Shown here piece after piece: positions 13,637 through 25,740 of a DNA stretch of 64,000 bases (position 1 is the stretch's first letter; each line of letters opens with the position of its first letter). The position numbers and the translations under genes were made by a program. This stretch comes from Trichoplax sp. H2 (lineage: Eukaryota), in contig NOWV01000143.1 of assembly GCA_003344405.1 (NCBI GenBank), positions 62,001 through 126,000 of the forward strand, read 5' to 3'. A model generated the notes under the pieces. The model was not told the DNA's origin. It searched no databases and worked only from the letters and a program-made list of their open reading frames with translations.

Positions 13637-16600
13637 TTATAAAATCTTTGAAAATATTTCGTTTAATCGCTTAACCATAGGGCGAGGATCTTCTCCTAGC
13701 CCTGCTGTAATCATGGCATTATCGAAAATCTATATACCGGAAAAGTGTCAGGCAGATAAATAGGATTAATATTATACTAGTAGATTTTTGTGCCAATTTT
13801 ACATGATATTACTATCACTGACAAATGATATGCATTCAAGTTAACTACGCAGCTTCATACCTGCTCTATAATTAACGTGGCCAGTTTTGGATTCTCAGGG
13901 TGTAACTTTGCAAGTTTATGCATTATTTCATGTCTATTAGAAGAAAACAAACAATCGATCATAAGTAAGATGATAACATGTGCGCCACATCCATTCATTT
14001 TATTTTAATCGACCTTAACTACCGATCATATGATAAAATCACGTTTTATCATATAAAATTAAGTACACAAGATAGATGTAGTACAAATATATCATAGCTA
14101 TATCGCACTTTGGATTAATCTCCAATGTTGACTTCAAAAACTGAGATCTTGGTATATTAATTTCGGTGGTTTTCAAAAGTCTTCTAACAATTGCCATATC
14201 CGGCACAGAAACCATAGCAGGATGAGTTGTCAGGTTGTCAGTAGACTAATAAGACAATACAATAACATGTTAGAATATCATCTAGACTGATACAACACGA
14301 TACACAAAGTAGGGATTAGTGCACGCAGTAGTGTCTGGTAGCTGCCACAATCTAAATTAATAAATTGATTGCCAATAAATGGCATTCCTTTACTACATAC
14401 GTATAATGACTAAAGCAACTAGTCAAGCATCTGTGCACTAAATTACTTATCACATTACCTTTACTTCGAAAACTTTTTCTTTGCCAAGAGCCGTTTTTAT
14501 CCAATCGATTAGCTTTGCCACATCTTCATTAGGCAATCTATCCGATTCTGTTTCTTCCGTAACTATGGTCGTACATGAGAAAATAAAAGAACTACTTTGC
14601 ATAAATACATCTTGATAGCTTAACGGAACTTAATACTAAGAATCATTATTGCCTGTATCTTTATCTTCTTCAGATTTCTCTTTATCAACAGTGTCGGTTT
14701 GTTCATCACCCCTAAAGTTTTCAGCTGATATGATGTTTTTCCCTTTGAATTGATGTAAACTTTCCAAAACGATGTCGTCATGCGTATGATAAGCAAATAA
14801 GATCTATGCATTTCAGAAAGCGCGAAATCGTTGAGCATCTACGCAATAAAAAAGCTACTTGTGATTTCCTTTTTTAAAAGCAAAGTCATACCTCTACATT
14901 TTTCTTTTTCAAGGCTTCATAATAAGGCGATGATTCAGCCGCTGCCCGACTTTTTGATTGAAAGAATAAAATCATTATCATATTACATAATATTTCTTAT
15001 GTGCACAGTATATTAGTTAGTTTAAAGTACATCGTAACGTGATTAAGCTAACATATTGCAGAGCAACTTCTTACTTTGGGACACATAGGTAATAGATATG
15101 CTTTCGCCCCGGAGGCATCCGGTCAATATAAGCGGTTAGATTGGTCAATTTTCCGGGCTCTTGAAGTGATGATTCGAAAGAAAACAGTTTTGCAATGTCT
15201 TCCTATAATTGTAAAAGTAAATCTAGATTTACTACGTTTTACTTGGTATACACTGTCCAGTTGATATTTTATTTTTCTAATAAAATTAATGCAAATAAAC
15301 GAACTTTTTTTATACTCAGTATATGAGTATTAATGTGTAAGACGTAACAGAAATCTCACATAAGACTACTTTGTTGATATGCTAACAGACAAAATTAGAA
15401 TTACCTTGGTGGAGCTATCGTCAGCGCTGACTAGACCTTCTCGGAAGAAGAGTCCGTATTTTTGAAAAAAATTTTCAAATTTTACACGATCCTAGTGTTT
15501 AAAAAATGTACGTTGAATTGGGCATTGCAGTTTTGCTAACAACAGGTGTATATCATATACTTATAATGATTTAGGTGGCTAGCATGCTTTTAAATCTCTA
15601 TTACCCTTTTCGCCTCTTCGGCAAAGAAACGCAGGATTCGGGAAGTCAAAACATTGCTAAGCTTTCTAATAATTTTATGACAACGAATTAGTATGTCTAT
15701 AACACAATGCATGGAAAAGCGTCGGTAGTACCTGATTAAAGCATTATCTTGTAACAATTCTCGACTTAAGTTTAAAGGAATATCTTCGCTGTCTACAACA
15801 CCTAAGATATCATTGTAAATCATTGTTAGGAGATTAAGGATGCAGTTGCTATCGGTGATTGCATTTAATTCAATTCAAATACAGTACTAAGCGAAAAATC
15901 GAACATAGTCAGTTACCTCTTAGGAAACGTAACCATTCAGGTAAAATTTCTTTACACTTGGCCTGGATTAAAACCCGACGACTAAATAAGCTGACACCAC
16001 TGTCAATGCGAGAAATTCCTTGCAAGTACATCCCTGGAATATCGTCCGGGACATAAAATAAGCTACGTATACTTAAAGGTGCATCCGTCGTATAGTGTAA
16101 CTTGTAAAGTGGGGTATCAAATCCGCCAGCAATAAATCGGTAAAAGTCCTAATAAAGAATACATGTGAGTCAGTAGGTTGCCAGTCGAGTGTTTTTATGA
16201 ACGTTTTGATACAGTATCTAAAATTAGGTATACTGTGTATAGTGTATATAGAAGGCGTTGATGCCTTCTCTTTATTTTGAATCAATTAACCTGATGTTCC
16301 TGATCCGATATATCATTTGCTCTTTTGGTCCACAAGGCCTATAGAGAATTGTTATAGCATGGTATAGTTAATTCTATGTGATAACTACAGGCTACAGAGT
16401 GTACAGCTACATGTAAACTATCGTACCTCAACTGTATTAGCACATTCACCATCGAGATATATCGGAGATCCAACGAAGTTGCTGTATTTTTTAATCAAAT
16501 CTGCCACAAGAATAAATCGAGGTAAAGGAAAGAGTTGCAATTGCAAGTGAGAAAGAAAAGAAACTTTCATATTGGGTCTACATGGATAAAAATTTTACTG

Positions 16601-19166
16601 TAACTGACCTTGAACGATATTATTTGAAGAGAAGTCTGTAGCATCGTCCTTTAATCGAATTATAATTTTTGTGCCTCGCTGGACGCCTTCAGCTTCAGCA
16701 ATTTTATATTTGCCAGTGCTGTACCCATAATACATACAAAACATTTTATTTCACCATAATTCATGCGACGCAAAATAAAAAAAATTTCCTAGTATAACTA
16801 TTGGAAAGATTAAATTGGTCTTTATGTTGCATCTTACCCATCAGAAGTCCAATGGTAGCTGGGAGAATCTTGAAGTACGGAACGAGAGTACACCTCCACA
16901 GAATCGGCTACCATAAAAGTGGAGTAAAATCCAACACCGAATTGGCCTATAATGCTTGTAGCGATGTTATTGCTATTATCACTTCCGTGTTGCTGCATAA
17001 ATGCCTTAAAATGCAAAGGTTAGACAGATATGGTGTTAATAGCGTCGCAAAAAACATTCTACGGACATTTTTAGACATGGTACATATGCGTTACCTTTGA
17101 GCCAGATCTTGCTATCGTGCCTAGATTTTGAATCATCTCTTCTTTTGTCATGCCTACCCCCGTATCCTGAATGGATGAAAATACCGAAACAATCTTTGAG
17201 GCACGGCATTTTACACTGCAGGAAGCGTTAGACTACTTTGAAGTTTTTGCAATTAAATGTAAAACGATTTCGTCATGTATTGAAGAAAGCAAGAACCGAT
17301 TAGGTTAGTATGTTAATATACTTGAATAGTGAATGTTTTTTTGACGCTATCCGTTGAGATTCTGATTTCTAAGGGCAACTCTTCGTCAATAATTTTCTCT
17401 CCTGTTACTTGAAGATGGCGTAATTTCTCTAGTGCGTCCGAAGCATTGGAGATTACCTCGCGTATAAAAACCTGAAGCAGCATAGGATATGCGTATACAC
17501 ATACAGTATTAGTACAGCCTTAGTAGATTGGCAGAACTTTGAGATTGGATAAAATATAACGTTGTGATAGACTTTCGAACTTTCAGTGAAACATTTCGTA
17601 TAATTTTTTTACCTCTCTCTCAGAGTATAACGATCGAGCTACAATATCCAACAATTGGCGAGTTTCAGCTTGAAATTCATGAGTATCGCCCTTTCCTATT
17701 CGTAATGTCATTATAACTTATGAAACTAGAGCAAAGTAAGCCAGGGGTATCTATCTTGCAACGTATGAAAATTTTTCCACTAATGTAAGCATGTACAAAT
17801 AGACATACCTATTATTTTTTCGCTATCGACGGTCATATGTTCATTTACCGTTGAGCTCTCTTCTACGATATTCTCTTGATCTGCATCGACTTGGGGCGTA
17901 TTAGCATCTTGACTGGTTGTTGTTTGCTTTTGAATTGGCGACAAAGAAAATGCACATCAAGCGTTAGCACGATGACTTTTCTATGGCAATCATTTAAGGA
18001 GTTAATGCAGTAGTAATTTAATCATTCCTGTAGTACTAGAGGTTTAGTAAAGATTGAACTATTTCTCATCCCTTATTTTGATGTCATATTAACAAGAACA
18101 AGAGCAGCACCTGTCATGGGGTGCATTATTGTCAAGATTATACTTCATTTAATTTACCGAATCGATGTTTTCGCTACCAGTAGATTCAGCTTTACCATTG
18201 GAGCATAACCATCTGGAAGAGATTACCCTTGGTCCTACAAAGTGAGATAACATGTACTGTATTATCGATGACGGGTATGATGGTTCAGATAAACTTGTAG
18301 TCTATCATTACAAGAGTTAGTAAAGCTATAGAGGTAATAAAGTATTAAGAACTGTGCCTATAATTGATTAAGACTATTTGATATTCATTTTGCGTGTATG
18401 GCAGAGTTTGTATTTTAGCGCTGCGCCAATATCATTGGTGTCATTCGTGGATAGCAATGAATTCATTCATCGCTCCTTCGATGCGTATATAGTATACCAT
18501 ATTACACTAAGCTCTATGTTATATCATGGTCGGCAGAGATGAATGCTATTGACACTGTAGGAATAAAAGAGAATCAAGGTGATGGCTGGTTGTAATTGTA
18601 AACAAAATCACCTTACCCGACGTCTTGTGCGATCTAAAGTTGATTGACACAGTATTGGAGCCTCTACAGCTCGATCCACTAACTATTCCATGGGACTACT
18701 GTGCTGGACTAGTTTATGGACATGGGCTGATATAGTGCATTACTGCAGGGACCTTGGCCTAGGGTATAGGCAACATCGTCCCTTTCTAATACGACCTATT
18801 TAGTAAAATGGTAGGACTGAAGGCAGTAGCGTGGAGAAAAATGCTGAGACGATTATATCGTACAGTAAAAGAGTGGATAGCCTACTGGTGATGTCGAAAT
18901 GAGCTCGATGATGATGATGAATCGATGCAAAATTGCATTGAGCTGTCAGTTGAGTATTGCATCATCTTTCTTCGTCTGTCTATGGTGAATAGTCAGCTGT
19001 ATGATATAGAATGCTGCCTACCTGTTATGCCCGTATGGATAGGATTATAGTTGAAGTGAAATTGCCTAGTCAGGCCATTACCACCTGCATACTGTCTTGC
19101 AACGAGAGGAAGCGTTAATCGGTTGGCAATCCTCCATAGCCTAAGCTGAGCTCTTAAGCAAGCCAT
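13637..19166 (-). CDS. TRAP1: Mitochondrial HSP90 (TRAP1/HSP75), multi-exon
   Basis: A transit peptide exon [17 protein letters not shown] (ATG at 19166) is followed by [77 protein letters not shown] and the C-terminus [30 protein letters not shown] (no MEEVD or KDEL). The exact exon-2 acceptor is uncertain. Confidence 0.95.
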
Positions 19167-19348
19167 GCTCGACGAATGGTTGACGATGAATGTGCCGTGT
19201 TGGCCATACAGCGTACAATATACCGTAAGCTAGGGTAGTTTATCTTGTAAGCTAGCGTACTGCCACTCTGACGCGTCGTGCAGTCCATCTTGTATACGAC
19301 ATCTACAAGATTGTATCTGAGGTTTTTTTCTTTTTTTCTTTTACCTTC

Positions 19349-20044
19349 AACTAGGTAAACGTGTATATCAGATCTCTTTCTATCCACTCCTATAAAATTG
19401 GAACGATTTTGTAGTCCAAATGATGCATTAAATGATGCTTAACTTGATCTCCATCGAAATTCATTGCACTCCATTGTGGACTCTACAATGTACATTGTAC
19501 AGTGTACAGTACACAGTATCGTTACAATGCTGTACAGTACAGTGAGTACTGTACTGTACAGTAGAAGAATGTGCAGTTGTACTGTACTGTACACTACAGT
19601 ATACTGTACTGTACTGTATAACCCCCATTACTCAGAAACTCAGCGTCAATCGCTTCAACGATGATACATAATTCTAGGAGTCTGTACCTCCAATTTCATG
19701 CCATTATTAGTAACTAGGCAAACGTGTATATCAGATCTCTTTCTATCCACTCCTATAAAATTGGAACAATTTTGTAGTCCAAATGATGTATTAAATGATG
19801 CATAACTTGATCTCCATCGAAATTCATTGCACTCCATTGTGCACTCTACAATGTACAGTGTACAGTACACAGTATCGTTACAATGCTGTACTGTACAGTA
19901 CAGTACGTACAGTAGAAGAATGTGCAGTTGTACTGTACAGTGTACACTACAGTATAACCCCCATTACTCAGATACTCAGCGTCAATCGCTTCAACGATGA
20001 TACATTATTCTAGTAGTTTGTACCTCCAATTTCATGCCATTATT
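19349..20044. repeat. Tandem segmental duplication, ~363-bp period (19349-19711 and 19712-20044)
   Basis: Near-identical blocks run from AACTAGG(T/C)AAACGTGTATATCAGATCTCTTTCTATCC to CCTCCAATTTCATGCCATTATT. Confidence 0.95.
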
Positions 20045-20206
20045 GAAAGAGTACTGATGAAATCGTCTACCATACTGTCTGCACAGGATTTGAACCTTTT
20101 CCCCCCAAAAGAATGTCGCCCCTGTACGGTTCGGGTGTACAGACTCTTACAATAATGTATCACCGTTGAGGCTATTGACGCTGAGTATCTGAGTAATGGG
20201 GGTTAT
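19954..20206. mobile_element. MITE-like non-autonomous element, ~250 bp, with ~53-bp terminal inverted repeats
   Basis: The left end ATAACCCCCATTACTCAGATACTCAGCGTCAATCGCTTCAACGATGATACATT matches the reverse complement of 20154-20206 with about 3 mismatches. I see no coding capacity. Confidence 0.75.
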
Positions 20207-20949
20207 TATGGCTTAGCTCATTTGTGTACTGTACTGTACACTACAGTACTGTACACAAATGAGAAATGGACAGGGTAGAGAAAAGTTGGTCCGATCGGCA
20301 GTGTACAAATTGTGCGTATAGTACTGTACACTGTACACTGTATTCCACACGGTAGAGTGACATTATTTTTGCAAAGTCGCCAACACAAAACTGTCATGGT
20401 AGACAGATGATGCTGAACTAGTACAACTTTAAGTAGACTACTGTACTTGAACGACTCAAGTCTAGCCACTGGAAAACAAATATTATCCACCAGTGATTGT
20501 TGAGTGTACTGTACAACCACACTATTTCAGTCCATAACTTGCTGACTGAATTGGCCTACCCTATAGTACAGTGACATAATTTTTGCTCTTGCTGTCACAG
20601 TCAATCAAGGATATTGGTGGTCCTGGGTATCAATCATCCAACGAATGCCATACTAATGGTAGTAATTCCAACGGCGTCGGTGACCATAGTGGTGGATCCG
20701 CCTTTCACGGCCGACTTGCGCCTACGTGACAAGTTGGAAACTGCTGTTGCTGCCCTCGCTTGACATCATCACCCAATCCAGTCGTAGGGTATATCATTTA
20801 CACCAGCAGTTCGTCCATGGCTCTAGTGTGATAGTCGAGGCACAGTCATTGAGTTCCATACTGGCACCGGTTGGCAGCATTTTTGCAAAGCTCAGCTGCC
20901 ACACTGCCATTCGTTTTGCCAGGGAATCCACGCTAAACTCTTTAAGCCA

Positions 20950-23900
20950 ATGGAGAAGTTAACTGTCAGTGACTTAAATGTCCAAGATAAGCGTATCCTT
21001 ATTAGGTAATCTTGATCTCATGAAATAAGATGATGTCATGATAACTACAGTAGGTACGAGACAGCAAACTGATGATCGAGAAAAGTGTCTTGAGCTGCAG
21101 CAAGGCGTTTCAATGCTGCAACCAGTCGATGGACGAGGCTGGTTGCTGTTTTGCTGTCTTGGTCCACTAGTGCAATAGGAATCATTGATCCAGTTTAATT
21201 CATCGATTGGCTGGCAGTTTGCCATTTGAATCCCTTGTCTCCTGTCTTTTTTCCTTGCTTGAAGCTGAATTGAGTTGATTTTGAGCAAGCAACGTCGCTA
21301 CTATACAGTACGGTGAAAAAGCGACATCATGTTACTGTCGAAAGTAGGAGATGCGTATAAAGTTGCAATTCTCCATGGTTACCTTAAGTCAAGCTGAACT
21401 CAATCAAGTTGATAGCATAGAACGTAACGATAGCCCCCCAAAAGTCCATTATTTTAATGTAGAATGACTTGCCTCAATGGGTATTTCTCCGAAAGCCTTG
21501 CGAATCTTGATAGTATCTACCCAGAGGTAAATGGCTTGATACGCATATACAAGCTACTCAAGCCTAGACGGTACAACCTCAAGATAGCCGATAAAATACA
21601 TTCGACAAACTTGTTGAAACTCTAGTAGTGTTGTTATCAAGTTGTAGTAGGAAATACAACTAGATCAAATGCGAATAGATGCCATGGCAATTACGGTCAA
21701 TGACCTAAAATGAAAGCTAAAATACTACAGTAAAACTCATCCACTGTACAATCCTCATATGAGTAAAAGACTTTACATCAATACGTTTCAAGACACCTGA
21801 TGAAAATGTTGTAGTAGCGACAACAACATCAGTTTACAGTAATGTCCCCATCAATGGAAATGCTATAATAGCAATAGTACAAATAGGTTATGCCATCTTC
21901 CATGGGGTATTCAACTTATTTTTGATGACAAATTTCTGTTAGGGTGGATTTCAATGTTCCTTTGGATAAAGAACTGAACATTACCAACAATCAAAGGTAA
22001 GCTTTGCTCGATCATTTTCAATCGGTTAAGATAAATTGCCTATCTTTGGCTGATAACTGATTCCATAGTAACAAATTGACGATCATCATAACCGACGTCA
22101 AAGCTTAGTTAAAGTCATGTAGTCATTTTTAAACAACTTAAAATCATGATGAAAAGCTCTTCCTTGTCATGGATAATTTCGATCATCAATCATCATAACC
22201 GACATAAAAGCTGAGTTAAAGTCACGTAGTCATTTTTAAACAACTCAGAATTATGATGAAAAGCTCTTCCTTGTCATGGATAATTTCAATCAAGGCTCGT
22301 TTACAATATTACGACGGTAAATTGATGCTGCTCAGCTAATAGCCATAAATTTAGAAATTCCTTATTTCAGCCATGGCCAGCAATGGAAAGGATTTTATTG
22401 AGATAGTTCTTGTATCAAGTTGCAATAGTCCAACAGTTATGATGTGCACGGTGATACCACTCGTAGTTTGAATCAAGGATAATGTAAATGTAACTACTGT
22501 AAAAGTCATTCTGTTACCGAGCTTAAAGAACTTCTAGCCTTACGATTGTTATATTTTATCTCACAATTGCACGATCAAAGCATCTCTGACCTCTTAAAGT
22601 GCCATTCCAAATTGACAATGCACCTCCTGAAGAATTGACTCAAAATTAATTACGGAGTTTTACTTTATCATAGGATTGTTGCTGCCTTATCAACCATCAA
22701 GCATGTCTTAGATAATGGAGCCAAATCGGTAGTTTTAATGAGTCACTTAGGTCGCCCAAATGGTAATCGTAATCCAAAAATGTCCCTTGCTCCAGTAGCA
22801 GGTGAACTAGAGCGCCTTCTTGAGAGGTATGTCGAAATTGAAACAAGTGCAGTATGATTTTGATAACAACTTACTCAATACCCATCATTTGTTTTCATAC
22901 TATCAAATTGCTTCTTACTTCTCCTACGGGAGGACATAATAGACTATTTAAGGTTACTCAATTAACAATGCCACTTTGGTCTACTTGCATTATAGGAGTG
23001 TCATTTTCTTAGATGACTGTGTGGGTCAGTCTGTTGAAGAGGCATGCAGCAACCCTCGTCAAGGTTAAATTGAAATAATCTTATTAGTAATAGACATACG
23101 TAACACTTATCACATCTATGTAAGATAAGTTCTTACGATAGCATATCAATGTTGTAGGTAGTATCATTCTACTAGAAAATCTACGCTTTCATGTCGAAGA
23201 AGAAGGTAAAGGTGTCGATGGCAATGGCAAGAAGGTAAATTGTACTATTTGACCGTGTGGCGGTATCTGGAGAAAATTTTCATACATCAGTTTTAAGAGG
23301 ACAATATATACGCTCGTTTGAAAATCTAGATTACAGCCAGCAAAGATCAGGTTGCTGTCTTCAGAGAATCATTATCTAAATTAGGCGATATCTATATTAA
23401 CGACGCCTTTGGTACTGCTCATCGAGCTCATAGGTACTTCAATAATATTCATTATTCTGTAAAATTTGAATCCATGAAATCTTTCACTGTCAATGCCGTA
23501 ATATAAGTTCGTAAAATACTACATTCGACTACGTGACTTTAATAAGGGAGTAGATACAAATTCAGCTATATTTGCCGTTGATAATTATGATAACATTTGT
23601 TTCATGATTCCATCATTTGCAACAATATCATAACTGAGAAATTTGCTTACGTATAATTCGCTATTTATGCTGTAGCTCCATGGTCGGTGTTGCATTAGAA
23701 CAAAGAGCTGCTGGCTTCTTAATGGCCAAAGAATTAAACTACTTTGCTAAAGCGTTGGAATCGCCTAAGCAACCATTTCTAGCTATACTTGGCGGGTATG
23801 CAAAATAGCATCATTTCGTTACTGTCTATGTAATCAATGGATAATTCATCGAAACTGGAAAACATATTTACGATTATTATACAAATTCTACTTGAAAAAT

Positions 23901-25057
23901 TTATTTAGAGCCAAGGTGAAAGATAAGATTCAATTAATCGAAAATTTAATGGATAAAGTGAATGAGATGATTATTGGGGGCGGAATGTCCTTCACTTTCT
24001 CCAAAGTATTAGATAACATGCAGGTACACTACAATGAACAGATTAAGCATGGCTGTATTGGATGCTAGCAGGTGTATATGCTAACCTTACTAACATTGAT
24101 GTTGTCTTAATGTACAACAGATCGGAAATTCACTATTTGATGCAGAAGGATCAGAAATAGTTGAAAAATTAGTGGAAAAAGCCAAAAGCAAAGGAGTTAA
24201 ATTACATTTTCCTGTGGATTTCGTCACGGCAGATGCTTTCTCCCCAGATGCAGCAGTATATTTACCCAGATATTAGATAGATATAGATTAATTGATTAAT
24301 TAGTTCCTTTTTACAGCTTTCGCTACGTGTATTTACTATTGATAATCTCATTATTCTCATTTATTGCATGTCTCAGACCAGCTCAGCAACGGTAGAGTCC
24401 GGTATACCGGATGGATGGCAGGTAAATTATTTTTCTTCCATCAATTTGACCAATGCAGTAGGAATCTAATCATCTTTATTATTACTTTTGTGCTTTGAAG
24501 GGTTTAGATTGTGGTCCCCAGAGCATTGCTAAATTTCGAGAAGCCATTAGTCGTGCAAAGACTATAGTTTGGAATGGGTTTGTAAAAGCTTGAGCAATTG
24601 AGATCATTTTATGTGTAGTATAATCTACATAGATCTTTCTAAAAGATAGTAGTTGATTAATACTTTTTCGTAATCCGCGAGTAGTTATGATAATTAAGTT
24701 TTTTGTTACATCATTTTTAGACCTCCTGGTGTATTCGAGTTCGAAAAATTTTCTTGCGGAACGAAAGGGGTCATGGAGGCCGTCGTTGAAGCTACTAAGA
24801 ATGGTGCAATAACTATCATCGGTGGTGGAGATACAGCTACATGCGCTGCTAAATTCCGTACTGAAGACAAAGTTAGCCATGTTAGCACCGGTGGTGGTGC
24901 AAGTTTAGAACTGTTAGAAGGTATGATAGTTATTTTCCCCCAATGTATAAATACTTTACTGCCAGCTAAATTTCTTCTAACACATTGGTATTATTCCAAT
25001 TACTTGATGTTAGGAAAAAATCTACCGGGAGTTGCCGCTCTATCTAGCAAGTTATGA
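20950..25057 (+). CDS. PGK1: Phosphoglycerate kinase, about 13 exons
   Basis: Exon 1 (20950-21005) encodes [19 protein letters not shown]. Later exons encode [85 protein letters not shown] and [13 protein letters not shown]. Confidence 0.98.
22081..22293. repeat. Two tandem copies of a ~108-bp unit in PGK intron 2
   Basis: ATCATCATAACCGAC...GATGAAAAGCTCTTCCTTGTCATGGATAATTTC occurs twice with a few substitutions. Confidence 0.9.
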
Positions 25058-25740
25058 AAATAATATTATTTCTATTATCGTCTCTAATTTTATCTATTGA
25101 ACAATGTTGTAACCAAGCAATTGTTAAAATGTTAAAATTTCCTTCATAATTTAGTAGCATAATCTATTGCTTCATCTTATATACTGTAATTGCTAACGCT
25201 ACGGATCATTTCATGTATGAGATTGCAACAGCGAAACTTAGTACTTTTATCATGTATCGGTTTCATCGGGCTTCAAGCTTCATTTTACTGTGATTTGCCA
25301 AATAAAGTTAGCTGGATATAATAATAAATCTAGAAAGTTCTTAAAGAGAGTGGTGTCTCAATCTTTAACGATACCAATATGTCGATGGACAACCTTGTCA
25401 CCAATCAAGCCAAAGTGTTTGCTTACATTGCTTAGAAGTCTTTAAAATCAATATTAGGAAGTTATTCTTAAATACGAGTATTTTATTTATTTATAATGAA
25501 TGTCAATCCGATATAAAACTGCCTAAGATAATATGAAGAATATAAATTGGCTTACAATATGTACAAAAGCCAATTTGATATTGATGTAGGTTATCATTGA
25601 TCGCTAAGCACAATTTTATGGATATAGATTGCACTGAAATAGATTATTAATCATCACTAGGCGACAAAGACATCTTTGCAACGATTATCATCTCAGATAC
25701 AATACGATTGTGTGCTGCAAAGTCATAGTGTACAAAAATA

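Noticed and set aside
20992-21001. GTATCCTT U12-like donor in PGK exon 1
   Set aside because: It lies within conserved coding sequence (RIL); the in-frame U2 donor at 21006 explains the splice.
22145-22214. ATGATGA...CTGA resembling a C/D box snoRNA in PGK intron 2
   Set aside because: It spans the junction of a recent tandem duplication, has a weak terminal stem and has no identifiable rRNA guide.
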